DNA of 64,000 nt, taken from positions 496,001 through 560,000 of the forward strand of contig NW_026250417.1 of assembly GCF_024521635.1 (NCBI RefSeq), written 5' to 3'. Below, one piece after another: positions 30,769 through 45,116 of the stretch. Each line of letters begins with the position of its first letter. Positions within the stretch are counted from its first letter, which is position 1. Source of the DNA: Tricharina praecox. Taxonomy: Eukaryota. The notes beneath the pieces are model-generated. The model saw only the letters and a list, made by a program, of their open reading frames with translations. It did not search any database and was not told the DNA's origin. The position numbers and the translations under genes were made by a program.

Positions 30769-33232
30769 TCAACCGCAGCAGCAACAGCCTCAGAATTCAG
30801 GCCAGTCACAGCAGTTTTATCCAGATCAGCAGCAACAACAGCAGCCACCGCCGCAACCACAGTTTTCTCCTCCGCCTCAGGGCGCCGGCCCTTCTGCTCC
30901 TCCGGTGATGCCAGAAGGCTGGATGGCCCATCAAGATGCCAATTCCGGGGCATACTACTATATCCACATTGCTTCCTCGCATACCCAATGGGATCCTCCA
31001 ACGGCTGAGGACATTGCTGCTCTCGCTCCTCCGCCGGCGCCTTTACCGACGCCCTTGAAAATGGCACCGGTGCAGACACCAGGGTTTGCACCGCCTGGCA
31101 CTCCGGGATTCCCGATGAAGGGCGGGTTCATGCCACAAACGCCTGGGTTCGCGCCTGGGACTCCAGGGTTTCCGCCACTAATGTCTCCGGGCTATCCGCC
31201 CAAAGTTAACCCATACGACTCGATGCCGAACACTCCCGGGTTCTTCAATCCACCGCCGACTCCACTTCCCAATGCCGGCATAGTCATGTACAACCCAGCG
31301 CCAGTGAACGGCGAATACTTTGGACCGTACCTGCGATACACGAACATGAACCTGGAGCACGGAATCTGGTACGGCTCGATCCTGCTGGTGACGGAGTACA
31401 TGCAGCCACCGACCGTGCACATCCACCGAAGTCGTGATCTCTCGCCCAACCCACCGCAACTCAAAGCTTCGGCGATCTACACGCATCGGACGTGGACCTT
31501 CTTCCGGTATGACATTGAACTTCCGATGGAGGACGGAGATATGTGGACGTATGCAATCTCGACACCGGTGGGGTGCACTCGCTATGAGTTCCTGGTGGCG
31601 GCGAGAGACGATCGTAACTGGAGGTTTATCTCGACGTCGTGCAACGATTTCTCGATGAGCGTACGGAGCGAGGAGCGGTCGAGACTGGGCGGACATGGGT
31701 TCATGTGGAAGGACTTGATGCAGAAACATCTGGATTGCGGAGGGTTCCATGCACAGATTGGAAACGGAGATCAGGTGTATGCGGATCGCATGTGGAGGGA
31801 GTTACCGTCACTTAAGGTTTGAACCCTAAATGGAGATGATTGTGGCTGTGGTGGCGGAAGAATGCTGACAACTGTTTTCAATAGGAATGGCTGCAAATTC
31901 GAGGCAAGGAGAATCGGAGGAATGCCCAATGGACAACACGCCACGAGGATGAGGTTATGCATGCGTACTTCCACTACTATACTAGTAGCTGGGATCAGCC
32001 ACATCTGAGGGAGGCGTTTGCCCAGATTCCGTACATGTTTCAGCTAGATGATCATGATATGTCAGTTCCTCCCCCGTTATAGCCATGGATGAGTGCTGAC
32101 AAGCTTTAGTTTCGAGGGCTTTGGCTCGCATCCGGAATACCTGCAGTTCTCGGCCATATTCAAGAATATTGGCCGCATAGGCATGCTGTGGTATCTCCTA
32201 TTCCAGCACCATACGACACTCGAGATCTTGCACTCGAAAACAGACGACAATGATCTGTTCACCATCACTGGTACCGGCTGGCACTTCATCAAGTTCATGG
32301 GACCCGCCATCGCTGTGGTCGGCCTTGACACCAGGTCGGAGCGCAATCAGCATCAGGTGATGGCCGGCCCTACGTATCAAGGCCTGTTCCCCAAGATAGC
32401 CACTCTTCCGCAATCAATACAACACGCCATCATCGTCGTCTCGGTTCCAGTGGTATTCCCACGCACGGAAACAGCCGAGCACGTCATGACAACAGTGGCG
32501 ACGGGAAAGAAGGCAATGACAGGCACGTACAATCTCCTCGGCAAAGTCGTGGGCTCCGCAGCTGGCGTAATCGGCGCCAAAGAAGTCGTAGGCTCTGGCT
32601 TCCGCAGCGTCAAGGAGGCGGTCGGCAAACACGGGTTCATGGGTGGTGTTGTCAACGTGTTCGGCGAAGTCGACCTCCTCGACGACGTGCGTGACCACTG
32701 GACGCACGAGTCCAAAGACCTGGAGCGAACATACCTCATCCGCACACTGCAGGGGATCTCGCACTCGCGCTCGCTCCGCATCACGTTCCTCTCGGGCGCC
32801 GTGCACCTCTGCGGCGTGGGCATGGTGCACGATCCCAACAAGCCGCACGACCACAAGACGATGTACCAGGTCGTCACCTCGTCGATGGTGGACGCGCCGC
32901 CGTCCAGCTACTTCACGAAGATGCTGCACAACAACCGCATCCTGTACATTCCGCAGAACGGGCTGCGCAGCACCAACGCCCCCAGCGACACCAAGGAGGA
33001 CATGATGGAGCTATTCCAGGCAGAGGTCGATGGGCGCACCCGCGAACAGAAGAAACTCATGGCGAAGAGGGGATACGTCATCTTCACGGGCTTCCAGGTC
33101 GACAGCGGCATCGAGGCGAAGGGCCCCGCTACTAGTCTCGCGGTAGACTTTATCGTCCAGGGCGAGGGCGTCTATGCCATGACGGGGAAGTATGGGCCCG
33201 TGGTGGTGCCGCGGTTGGAGGTGGGGTATTAA
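29096..33232 (+). CDS. Large polyQ/Pro-rich protein with a WW domain and a C-terminal PhoD-like metallophosphatase domain
   Basis: Exons 29096-31816, 31885-32060, 32110-33232 (1339 aa). WW: MPEGWMAHQD..YYYIH..TQWDPP. PhoD-like motifs GDQVYAD, DDHDI, LDTRSER, DHW, FLSGAVH. Confidence 0.88.
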
Positions 33233-33889
33233 TGGCTGGAGGTGAGGGGGTTTCTTGGGTATTGTGTGAGCTGTCGGGCTGGCTGAGGGTGCGGGGCGCG
33301 GGGCGCGGGCGTTCGAAATCTGGTTTTTATATTATATAGTGTTCTCAACTTTTGGTTTTGTGGCGGCATGTAGTAAAGGTGTGGGGAATATAAGATGGGC
33401 TTGTGGGCCGATTGGAGTCGTTCATACGAGGTCTCGCCGGTGTTTCTTTGGAGTGCATGCTTAGGAAACGCGGATGGTATTTCATACCTCAAAGCATGGC
33501 GAAAAGCAGTGTGAATAATGACAACTCACCATAAGCTTGGGGTAAGCACCGTAGCATAGTAATTTTCTTCAGTAAGCCTCCATATGGTATTCCATCAATC
33601 ACCGGGTTAACCAGGTAGTCCTGATTCCTTTGGTTTTCAGTTTCTCCAGTAGCATTCGCACCCGGTAGTTAGTACTGAGTTACCTTCGTACCGTAATTAC
33701 ATAAGATACTTTTACTCGCGTCTACGTTAGCGTCAACGCGTCTTCCCGATTCCCCTGAGCTATTCGATAAAATACACAATTGGACTCCTCACCTCCCACT
33801 GTACAATATAATCTCTGCGCACCCACCACCACCACTACTATTACCACCACTTCCACTACCACCATCCCATCACAAACACAACCACCACA

Positions 33890-34902
33890 ATGCGTCTCCA
33901 CCTAACAATCCACCGCCCTTTCCCCCTCCCGCCCGCCAGCACACCTCCAACCTCGTCCACCCCAGCTTCCCACCCGCACCCCGTTCTCCCACCAACAAAA
34001 CTTTTATGGACGCACAGCCCCTCACCATCCTCGTGCGACCTGATCTCGGACCTGCTCACGCAGATCTCTGCAATAATCCCGCTGGAACTTGCCGGCCACG
34101 GACTCGAAGACTACGTCGTCGAACTCGACGGGTTCGAGGTGTTGCATTTCGCGGTTGTGTCTGGCTCACGGGGGACGCAGGGGACGCTGCGGGATGGGGA
34201 TGAGGTTGTGTATGTATCCTATCTTTCTGAAGATAAAAGGGAGGGGGAGAGGGGAGGGGGAGGGGGATGGGAAAGTTGCTGACAATGTGGATGGTGGACA
34301 GCGTGCGCCCGCTAAGGCAGGCCGAGATCCGCGCGCGGAAGTTGACCGGCCGATGTCAGATCACCACCTCTGGGCGGAGGTTGGTGGATGGTGTGCCCTG
34401 GGGCAGGCCGTTTGTAAGGCTGGCTATGGATCGGGACCGGGGGATGGCTGGGTTGGCTGGGATGCTGCAGGAGTCCGCCTCGGCCGAGGTCTCGGGGGGA
34501 GGGAGTGGGCTGGCTGTGGTGGAGCAGATGGGAGGGGGAAAGGGTGGGGAAAAGTTGGGAGGGGAAAGGGGTGGGGAAAGGATGGGAGGGGAGAGGACGG
34601 GAGGGGAGAAGAAACGCCGCAGGGTCGAGTTTCAGCAGACGGATGGGGAGTGGAGGAATGAAGCGACGATCGAGGGGATTCCGGTTACGACGCTGGCGCG
34701 GTGGGCGATGGGGAGCGATGAGGAGGAGGATGAGGAGGATAGTGATTTTGAGCCGGGGAAGGAGGAGGAGAGTGATGAAGGAAGTGACGAGGATGAGGAG
34801 GAGCTGGGGGAGGGCGTGGAAGAGGAGGTGGACATGAACGGGAACAAGATGCACATTCATAGGATCAACAGGCTGATGGACATCATGAAGGATCGGGAGT
34901 AG
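33890..34902 (+). CDS. Hypothetical protein with a conserved-looking ascomycete N-terminal domain and an acidic tail
   Basis: Exons 33890-34209 and 34302-34902 (306 aa), GTATGT..GCTGAC..CAG intron. MRLHLTI..IIPLE..GLEDYVVE..GFEVLHF..LRDGDEVV|VRPL..LVDGVPWGRP. Confidence 0.75.
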
Positions 34903-34999
34903 CTGGAGTAGGTAGCAGCCAAGTTTGGGTTACTGGGGATATCCTTTTTTATTTTATTTTACGACAGTCACCATTGTCTTTAGAGTCTACTTCTGTACT

Positions 35000-35601
35000 T
35001 CATTTCCTCACGGTCCTCCACATCCCACAGTGATCGATCCCTTCCCACACACAACCCCACCATTAGCCCCCCCTCCTCCCGCTAGAGTAAATCCACGACT
35101 AGAGAGAGAAAACAACATACCTTCCTCGTCCCACACTCCCATCCGCTCATCAACCGCAAACCCCAAGCGCTCCCACACGCCCCTAACACCGACCTGCGCG
35201 TGCGCCAGCACCCTCCCATCCCAGCCCTCAACCTTGTCCCCCTCGCTTTCCAACCAGGCCACCGCAGCATCAACCAACGCCCTCCCCACGCCCCTCCCTC
35301 TGAACTCCTTCAACGTCGCAAACCTGCCAACCTTAACATGTCCGCCATCGCCATCGTGAGGAACCCCCTCGCCCTCGTGGTGCGCATGCGGCGGCGGCAC
35401 GATCCGCAGCGTGCCTACGGGCGTGGAGCCGGAGTTGGAGTAGCAGACAAAGTGCCAGCTCCGCTCGTCGTCCAAGTCGATTTCGTTTTCGAGGGGTATG
35501 CACTGTTCCACTACGAACACGGGCATGCGCACCGCGAGGGCGTCGGTAAACAGTGGCTCCGTCTTGCCGAGCGTGGGCACGGGGACGGTTAGTTGCGACA
35601 T
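35000..35601 (-). CDS. GNAT-family N-acetyltransferase (ElaA/YjcF-like)
   Basis: VRMPVFVVEQ..EIDLDD, VGTLR, VGRFATLKEFRGRGVG, LAHAQ..WERLGF. Intron 35041-35120 gives the C-terminus WDEEGIDHCGMWRTVRK*. Confidence 0.92.
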
Positions 35602-36581
35602 CTTGTGGGCGTTGGTGGGGGTGGGGTGGATATGGTGGGGCAGACAGGGACGAGATGCTTAACTACGATAGAGTACCGTGGACCCAGGGATCTATGAATC
35701 TCGGAGCTCGGCATTGACTCATACCTTGCTGCCCTGCATGTGCAGTGTAATCAATCATGCCCTGCATTCTTCACATTCTAGAAGCTGCCGTGATGGTGCG
35801 GAAAACAAAACTGATTATCTTATCCTATGAATCCTATCCTATCCTATTAAAACCCTCCGAGCCGAAGAGAGGAAGTAGTTTACAGCTCCATACCCCCAGA
35901 AAGAACCATAAGAAAGAAAACCCCCCACCCAGCAGCGAGAAAAACACACCGACCCTTTGAAATACAAACGTGAAAGGAAAACACAGTACTAAAAAAAAAC
36001 ATGGAAGGATGGGGAAAGAAACACAATCTATCTGAAGGTGTTGGTTTGTGCCTTGTTTTTGTAATGACATTGTAGGACGACAGACACCTTGTGACTCTCC
36101 CTCCCTCCTGGGGACATGTATTGCGGAGGGCGATAGGTTGACGAGTCACGTTCAGTCAGTCATGATTTTTTTGTAGCTGTTGTCTATGTCAAGCTGTTTC
36201 CCGGAAAGGCGGGCGTAGTGTTAGTAAAATTTTGCAAAAGAAAAAACGAATTGAAATCGGGTATTCCAGAAGGCCGTGGGTGTGTATGTGGAGAATGTAA
36301 GTCGGCCAAACATGTGGGGGTTGGTTTTGTTGAGGATGATCCGCCAGTGTCCTGAACTTTGCTGGAGTTAGATATCTGTTCACGAAATGAATCGCCCTTC
36401 TCCATCACGCCAAAGGGTCGTCCTAGAGTAAAAATGAGGTGGGAAGGTTCCGTGATCAGGAGTAAAGAGGTCGCAAGCAAGGAAACGGGCACTAGGATGA
36501 CACCAAGGGGAACGCACTGGGAGAAGTCAGTATCACGGAGAAACAGTGGAGAAAGACGAAGCCCACCCTGAATACTCGCAA

Positions 36582-38967
<2,386 letters not shown>

Positions 38968-39868
38968 GAGGAATGAAAACGCGCTCTGTGACCGACTGGC
39001 GACAACGTGGGTTGATGGGACAAATTGCAAGGATTCCGATTGCGCAAACTCGAAGCTTGACCTATGTCCTAGCAAGTGAACAGTGATCTCAAACCGGACG
39101 AGCGATCTCTGGCAGTAACGGCAAAGACAGAGACGGCGAGGTGGCGGTGGGGATGGCGGTGATGGTGAAGGGTTTTGTAGGGTAAGAAACTGAGGAAGCT
39201 GATCGAGGAACAAAGAGAAGGTGATCGCCAAGGGGAGGTTGAAGGAGGCTACGCTCACTCGGCTTGGCACTATTCACGCTAATCCATTTAGGTAATCATC
39301 TAGAACATGTGCTAAACTTCAAATCCATCACCATCGGTGAATCGTAAGTCGTAAATTAAATCGCATTCTCCAGAAGGCAGAGAATGTAAATCATAGGATG
39401 GGACTTGTACTTAAGCAGATGGGTGCATAAATAAGCACGTATTTACGAGTGACGCCGCGTAGCATTACAGAACAATTGTCTACAGTGAGCTACAAGTAAG
39501 ACCACAAAGTTGTCAGAGTGGTCAGAATTACTCACGTAGATGAGAACGCGTTGATGCAGAGTATACGTGCATTGACGGGGTATGGCGTAGGAGAACAAGA
39601 ATTACTGCATTACACTGAAAACGCCTTGCCCAATTCCAATGACCAAATAAAAGCCTAGAGCCCGGAGGGGCATTCAGATGGGTCACAAAGAGCTTGCATT
39701 GTCTTTGTTTGCGTACAGAATCCCCACCGTACATACAACCCAACATATCCACAGGAACACCAAGACCAGCGAAAATCGAAAGAAGAAACGCAAAAGTTCG
39801 CCGAAGTCGAATTCCCATTTTTTTATATGCACTAGCCCGATGCCCCGAAAGGAAACCACATCCTCCAC

Positions 39869-40791
39869 TTAACGGTTGGACTTGGCGACACTGTTTCAAG
39901 GTTCTTGTTAGTAATAGTTTTAGGAATACTTTCGTGTTTGGTATGGCGTATACTAACCGCTCGAGCTCGTCCTTCTTCTTGATGGCGTAAGAGTTGGATG
40001 ATCCCTTGGCGGCGTTGATCAACTCCTCGGCCAAGCACTCAGCAATGCTCTTGACGTTTCGGAAAGAAGCTTCCCGAGCACCAATGGTGAGAAGGGCAAT
40101 CGCCTGGTTGACTCTCCTCAGGGGGGAGACATCGACGGCCTGACGCCTGACGGTTCCAGCAGATCCGATACGGGTGGAGTCCTCACGGGGACCGCAGTTG
40201 ACAATGGCGTCAACAGCGACCTGGATAGGGTTCTGGTCGGTCATCAAGTGAACAATGGAGAAAGCGTGGTCGACGATGCGGACGGCCATAAGCTTCTTTC
40301 CGTTGTTGCGGCCGTTCATCATCAAGGAGTTGGTGAGACGCTCAATGATGGGGCACTGGGCCTTGCGGAAACGCTTGGTGGCGTAACGTCCGGCGGAGTG
40401 AGGAAGGTAGACGGGAGACCGGATTTGCATGTAATCGCTGCCGGGCACAGATGATTGTCAGCCAACTCGCTCCGCCTCCGTTTCAAGATCGCCAAATCTA
40501 ACACCAGCAATGATCCGTCATCCTGCTGGTTGCTGAAGCTCGTCTGATCCAAACTGCCTTTGCTTTCCCCCGCCCGTTCATTGTCTCCCTCTTTCTCTCC
40601 CAAAAGCCCCTCCAAACCAAACCAAACAAGACAGTGAATGGGTAGCCCTACGTCAACGAGATATCCTTAACCTCAACATCCTCGTAGCTCCACTTGTTGA
40701 AGAGCTTGATGCTGCCAATCTCGTCCGAAACCTCCTTGGGAAGCGGGGGGAAGGCCGCGGTAGCGACCTCGATCTCTCCGTTGTCAGACAT
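39869..40791 (-). CDS. rps5: 40S ribosomal protein S5 (uS7)
   Basis: Exons 40791-40652, 40437-39958, 39890-39869 (213 aa). [48 protein letters not shown]. Probable extra 5'-UTR intron 40950-40862 (GTACGT..GCTAAC..CAG). Confidence 0.98.
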
Positions 40792-41071
40792 GTTGGGTAG
40801 TGCGTTTACGGGATGTTGATCGGGGCGAAAAGGAACTTCCGTGGGATTTCGGAGGTTGGGTCTGTGTGGTGGTGGGAGTTAGCGAGCTGTCCGGACAAGT
40901 TCGATTCGAGAGTATTTCGATATCCGTGTTGAGGGATAGATTGCACGTACCGTCGGTGTCGCGTAGCACTTGTCGTTAGGCCTGTCGTTCGTCGTACGTC
41001 GAAGTGAATTTGCTTAACTCGTTTCTCTCTGTGCGCACACGGCGTTCGTTGTGTGGGAAGCTAAAGGGCAC

Positions 41072-41101
41072 AGTGACTGGGTTGAGGCTGATTAGCCCTA
41101 A
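41072..41101 (-). promoter_or_regulatory. Ribosomal-protein promoter elements: Tbf1-type TTAGGGCTA and a Homol-D-like box
   Basis: Exact TTAGGGCTA on the minus strand at 41093-41101. CAGTCACT (7/8 match to CAGTCACA) at 41072-41079. Both lie upstream of rps5. Confidence 0.6.
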
Positions 41102-41855
41102 GTGGGGCGACAGCGCAAGGGCATTGCAGCTGTGGCGCAGGATGCAGAGGCTGAGCTAGCCACAGCCGTTGCTGCCACGGAATTATTAGAAAATGTATCA
41201 AAAAGCGGTACCCTTGTATTCTGAGAAGCCTGCATATCAGCTGCTCATTTACTGCGCTCCTTGAAAAAATCGTGTATATTGCCACATTTAGCTGTATTGC
41301 AAAGCCATCGTCTGTCGAGTGCTTGTTTTGTTTTGTTGCCTCGTCTCCGACGCCCACGCCTCACATCTTCTTTTGACCGACGCATCACGCCTTCAACCCA
41401 ACCCAACATCCCAGATCGTTACTAATTCACACCACATCACCTCCACCGCATACTTTTCCTCCTCCAACGCAGTGCAGCCTTCTCTGTACGACTTTCGCAA
41501 TAGAGAATCATCCTCCCCCAGCCCAGAAGAAGACAGGATCGTTTAACTGGTCTTCATCAATCAACAACTGCCCTGCCGCCTATCCTTGATCAGAACCTTT
41601 ACCGCGACACCCTCCGGTTCTCAAGCGCTTCCGTTCATACAAGGGTTTGAGCTCACTCATACTTCCCTTCTGCCCTCCACTCTCCATCCTGTCAGTCAAC
41701 CACAGGCTATCTTCCTAATAGCTGGTGACGCATCATCTCGTTCCAGTGATTACCGCACCAAACCTTTTCTCCGAAACACGACTAGCTTCGTGGAATCATA
41801 TTGAGACGAAAAGGATCGATAATCGGGAAAGAAGATATACATACGCGTCGCGAGG

Positions 41856-43824
41856 ATGTCCGGTCTAGATGTAGAAGCCCTTCTCGAAGCTTCAGAGAGC
41901 AATAAGCCAAGACAGCAACCTGATCGAAACAACAGTTCTCCTTCATCCCCGAGGCCGGAACGCAACGGCGGCGGAAGCGTTAAGTCCTCCTCGTCCAGAA
42001 GGGACAAGGACCGGAATAGGGACGATAGGGGCGAACGTCACAGAAGAAGAAGCCGGAGCAGAGAGAGTGGTGACAGGTCTGAACCCTCAATATCCCACCG
42101 AAATACCACAGCTGACATTGAAGCAACCGATAGACGTCGTAGGGATTCTTACTACGAGGACCGTGATGAGTATTATGAGTCTTCGTCGCGCTACAGGCAC
42201 CGATCCCGCGATGACCGCGACGACGACAGATACTACTCCTCTAGACGCGACCGCCGTGACAGAGACTACTACGATGAGCGCGATAGGGACGACCACCGCG
42301 ACAAATCGGAACGTACGCCCAGGAGGTCAAGGAGCCCGCGCAAGCGTGGCGGTGAGCGTGGTGCAGGAAGACCCAGGACCAGGTCAGTATCATAATGTCT
42401 TTGGTACTTGCTGCAGGGGGCTAACATCGTCACCTAGAAGTCGCTCTCCACAATTGACAGAAGACGAGCGCGATCGTCGTACCGTGTTTGTTCAGCAGCT
42501 GGCTGCGAGACTGAGGTCCAAGGAACTGATTGCTTTCTTTGAAAAGGTTGGCCCAGTCAAGGAAGCTCAGATTGTCAAGGACAGAGTTAGCGGCAGGTCG
42601 AAAGGGTACGTTCTGGTTTTCTGCCCCACCCTAGGAGATGCTCGCTAACTTCCGGTGTGAAAATAGTGTTGGCTACGTCGAGTTCAAGGATGAAGCTTCT
42701 GTGCAAAAGGCTATTCAGTTAACCGGACAGCGTTTACTCGGTATTCCCGTCATCGCACAGCTCACGGAAGCAGAGAAGAATCGACAGGCTCGTGTCAACG
42801 CGACTGAGTCGAACTCGGCGAATCAGGTTCCGTTCCATAGGCTATATGTCGGCAACATCCACTTCAGCATTACCGAAGCCGATCTCACCAACGTCTTCGA
42901 GCCTTTCGGCGAGCTGGAATTTGTTCAACTTCAAAAGGAGGATAGCGGAAGGAGCAGGGGTTATGGTTTTGTCCAGTACGTTCCTCTCACTCGTTTTCGA
43001 CCTCAGGTTTGTGTTTCATCCAGCTAACGAATCACAGGTTCCGCGATCCCAATAATGCGCGCGAGGCTCTTGAGAAAATGAACGGCTTCGATTTGGCTGG
43101 CCGTCCCATCCGGGTTGGCCTTGGCAACGACAAGTTCACGCCCGAATCCACCGCACAGATGCTCCAGCGCTTCTCCGGTTACAATCAGGGATTCCAGGGC
43201 TCTGCTTTCGAGTCCCGTAACCGCGGTACTGATCGTGTTGGCCGTGCAGACGATAAAGCCACCGGAACTGGCGCAAGTGCGCTCGACGATACCGATGTTG
43301 CAGGAGTAAATTTCAATAATTATAGCAGAGATTTACTTATGCGCAAGTTGGCTCGACAGGATGATCCTCCGGAGAGGAACGGCGCCGGAAAAGATGCCCC
43401 CAGGCAGCGAGCTCCCGACACGGTTGTCCACGCCCAGAAGCCACTCCCAGTGAACGTGCCAATGGCCAGTAGATGTGTTGTTCTGAAGAACATGTTCGAT
43501 CCCGCCGAGTAAGTAAACAGTCGTTCGTCTTGTGGTTTTGATTAGTACTAATGATTTCCTAGGGAAACCGGAGAAGCGTGGATCAAAGAACTTGAAGATG
43601 ACGTTAAGGGCGAGTGCGAGGAGAAGTATGGCCACGTTGTTCACATATCTCTTGACCCCAACAGCCAGGGCGAGATCTACATCAAGTTTGATAAAGTCAA
43701 CGGCGGCGAGAAGGCGATCCAGGGACTCAACGGACGGTTCTTCGGAGGCAGGCGAATTTCCGCCTCCCCTGTTGTCGACGCGGTGTACGCCAGTTTGTTC
43801 GGTAGGGCGAGTAGTAGGGCGTAA
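41856..43824 (+). CDS. pad-1: RBM39/CAPER-family splicing factor (Pad-1/Rsd1): RS/RD region, two RRMs and a UHM
   Basis: [13 protein letters not shown]-rich region, [63 protein letters not shown]. Four canonical introns. Confidence 0.95.
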
Positions 43825-45066
43825 GCTCTACTCTAGGTACATCTTTACATCTTGTGGTTAACATTCTTATCCGTTGCTCTGAGTAAACGTGCGATGGAAT
43901 ATGTGAATTGTATTTTTTTTTGGGATTCTGGTGTATTAACCTTCGTTTTGCAACTTGTCTTGCTGTGATGTGGTGATTTCTTGCTTCTTCTCTTCTCTTC
44001 TGTTCTTTCTTTCGGAATAAAATTATGTTCTATCCCGTGTCCTGTATATCGCTCGTCCAAGTTGGTTCAACCCTCCGTATCCAATGTGCTTGTCCTCCGG
44101 GGCAGCAGCAGTCAGTCAGCCAACCGTGGGCCTCCACCCAGTACCAGCACCGGTATTTGATCGAGTCAAAACGACTTGGATGACTACTAGTAAAGGAGAT
44201 AGCACGCTGGAGTGAAGCACATCATTTTACGGGCTTATTCAGATCAGAAACCAGTGATGCCTACGGGTCTACGGCGATGCTTCACTACATTTGCACTTAA
44301 CTACCTGGAGGATTTGTTTTGTTCAATCATGATTGCATTCGACCTTAGTAGGTAAATCATGGCAGATTACCGTATATCCTTTTCCACCCGGCTGTTCTCG
44401 ACCACTGGCTGCGGGCTCGATGCCGGTTCCCTATTGCTCGCCGCCCAGCCCTCCCCTCAAGACAAACCTCCCCCCGCTCAGCACTACCTAGTGAATATTA
44501 GGGATGTGAAGCAGGATTCACCTACCTAAGTACTCAACCAAGTTGAACCATCACGGGTGATTAGTGGAGGCAGAGCGCTATATAGTAGTAGGGTGGAATC
44601 ATGCTCTATTATACAGGTGCATATGGATTCAGACGGAGATGGACGTCAGGACTCAGAAGAGGAGCATACGGAGGAATAGGTATTGGAGACTCTATGGAAA
44701 CTTAGACTATAGCCGTGAGGTAGCTCGGAATGTGGAGCTGGACGAAACGGCATCTTCTGGTAGTTTCCGTGGACAGTCTGCGGGGCCATTATGCATCATG
44801 CATCCATTGAAGCTGTAGATCATTGAGTTCTGGTAGCGGTTCCAGTCCACTTCCTCTAAACCTGAGGGAAGATTGGACGGCCTGGAGGGTGTGGACACTG
44901 GAGATAGCCTGGGCAGACTCGAGAGCGGACGCTTGGCACGATACGGCATGTCCGAAGACTGAAGGGGGAAGAATGGACCTATGTACCATGAGTCCATGGC
45001 GGCCATTACTGGCACGGTCCTACTTCCGCTTCCGCCTACACGCTCCAGATTCCAGTTTCCAGCGAC

Positions 45067-45116
45067 TTCCCGCAGAAAGACTTGGGGCTTTCCCGCAGAA
45101 AGACTTGGGGCTTTCC
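45067..45116. repeat. 23-bp perfect tandem duplication
   Basis: TTCCCGCAGAAAGACTTGGGGCT x2 plus TTCC. Confidence 0.9.
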
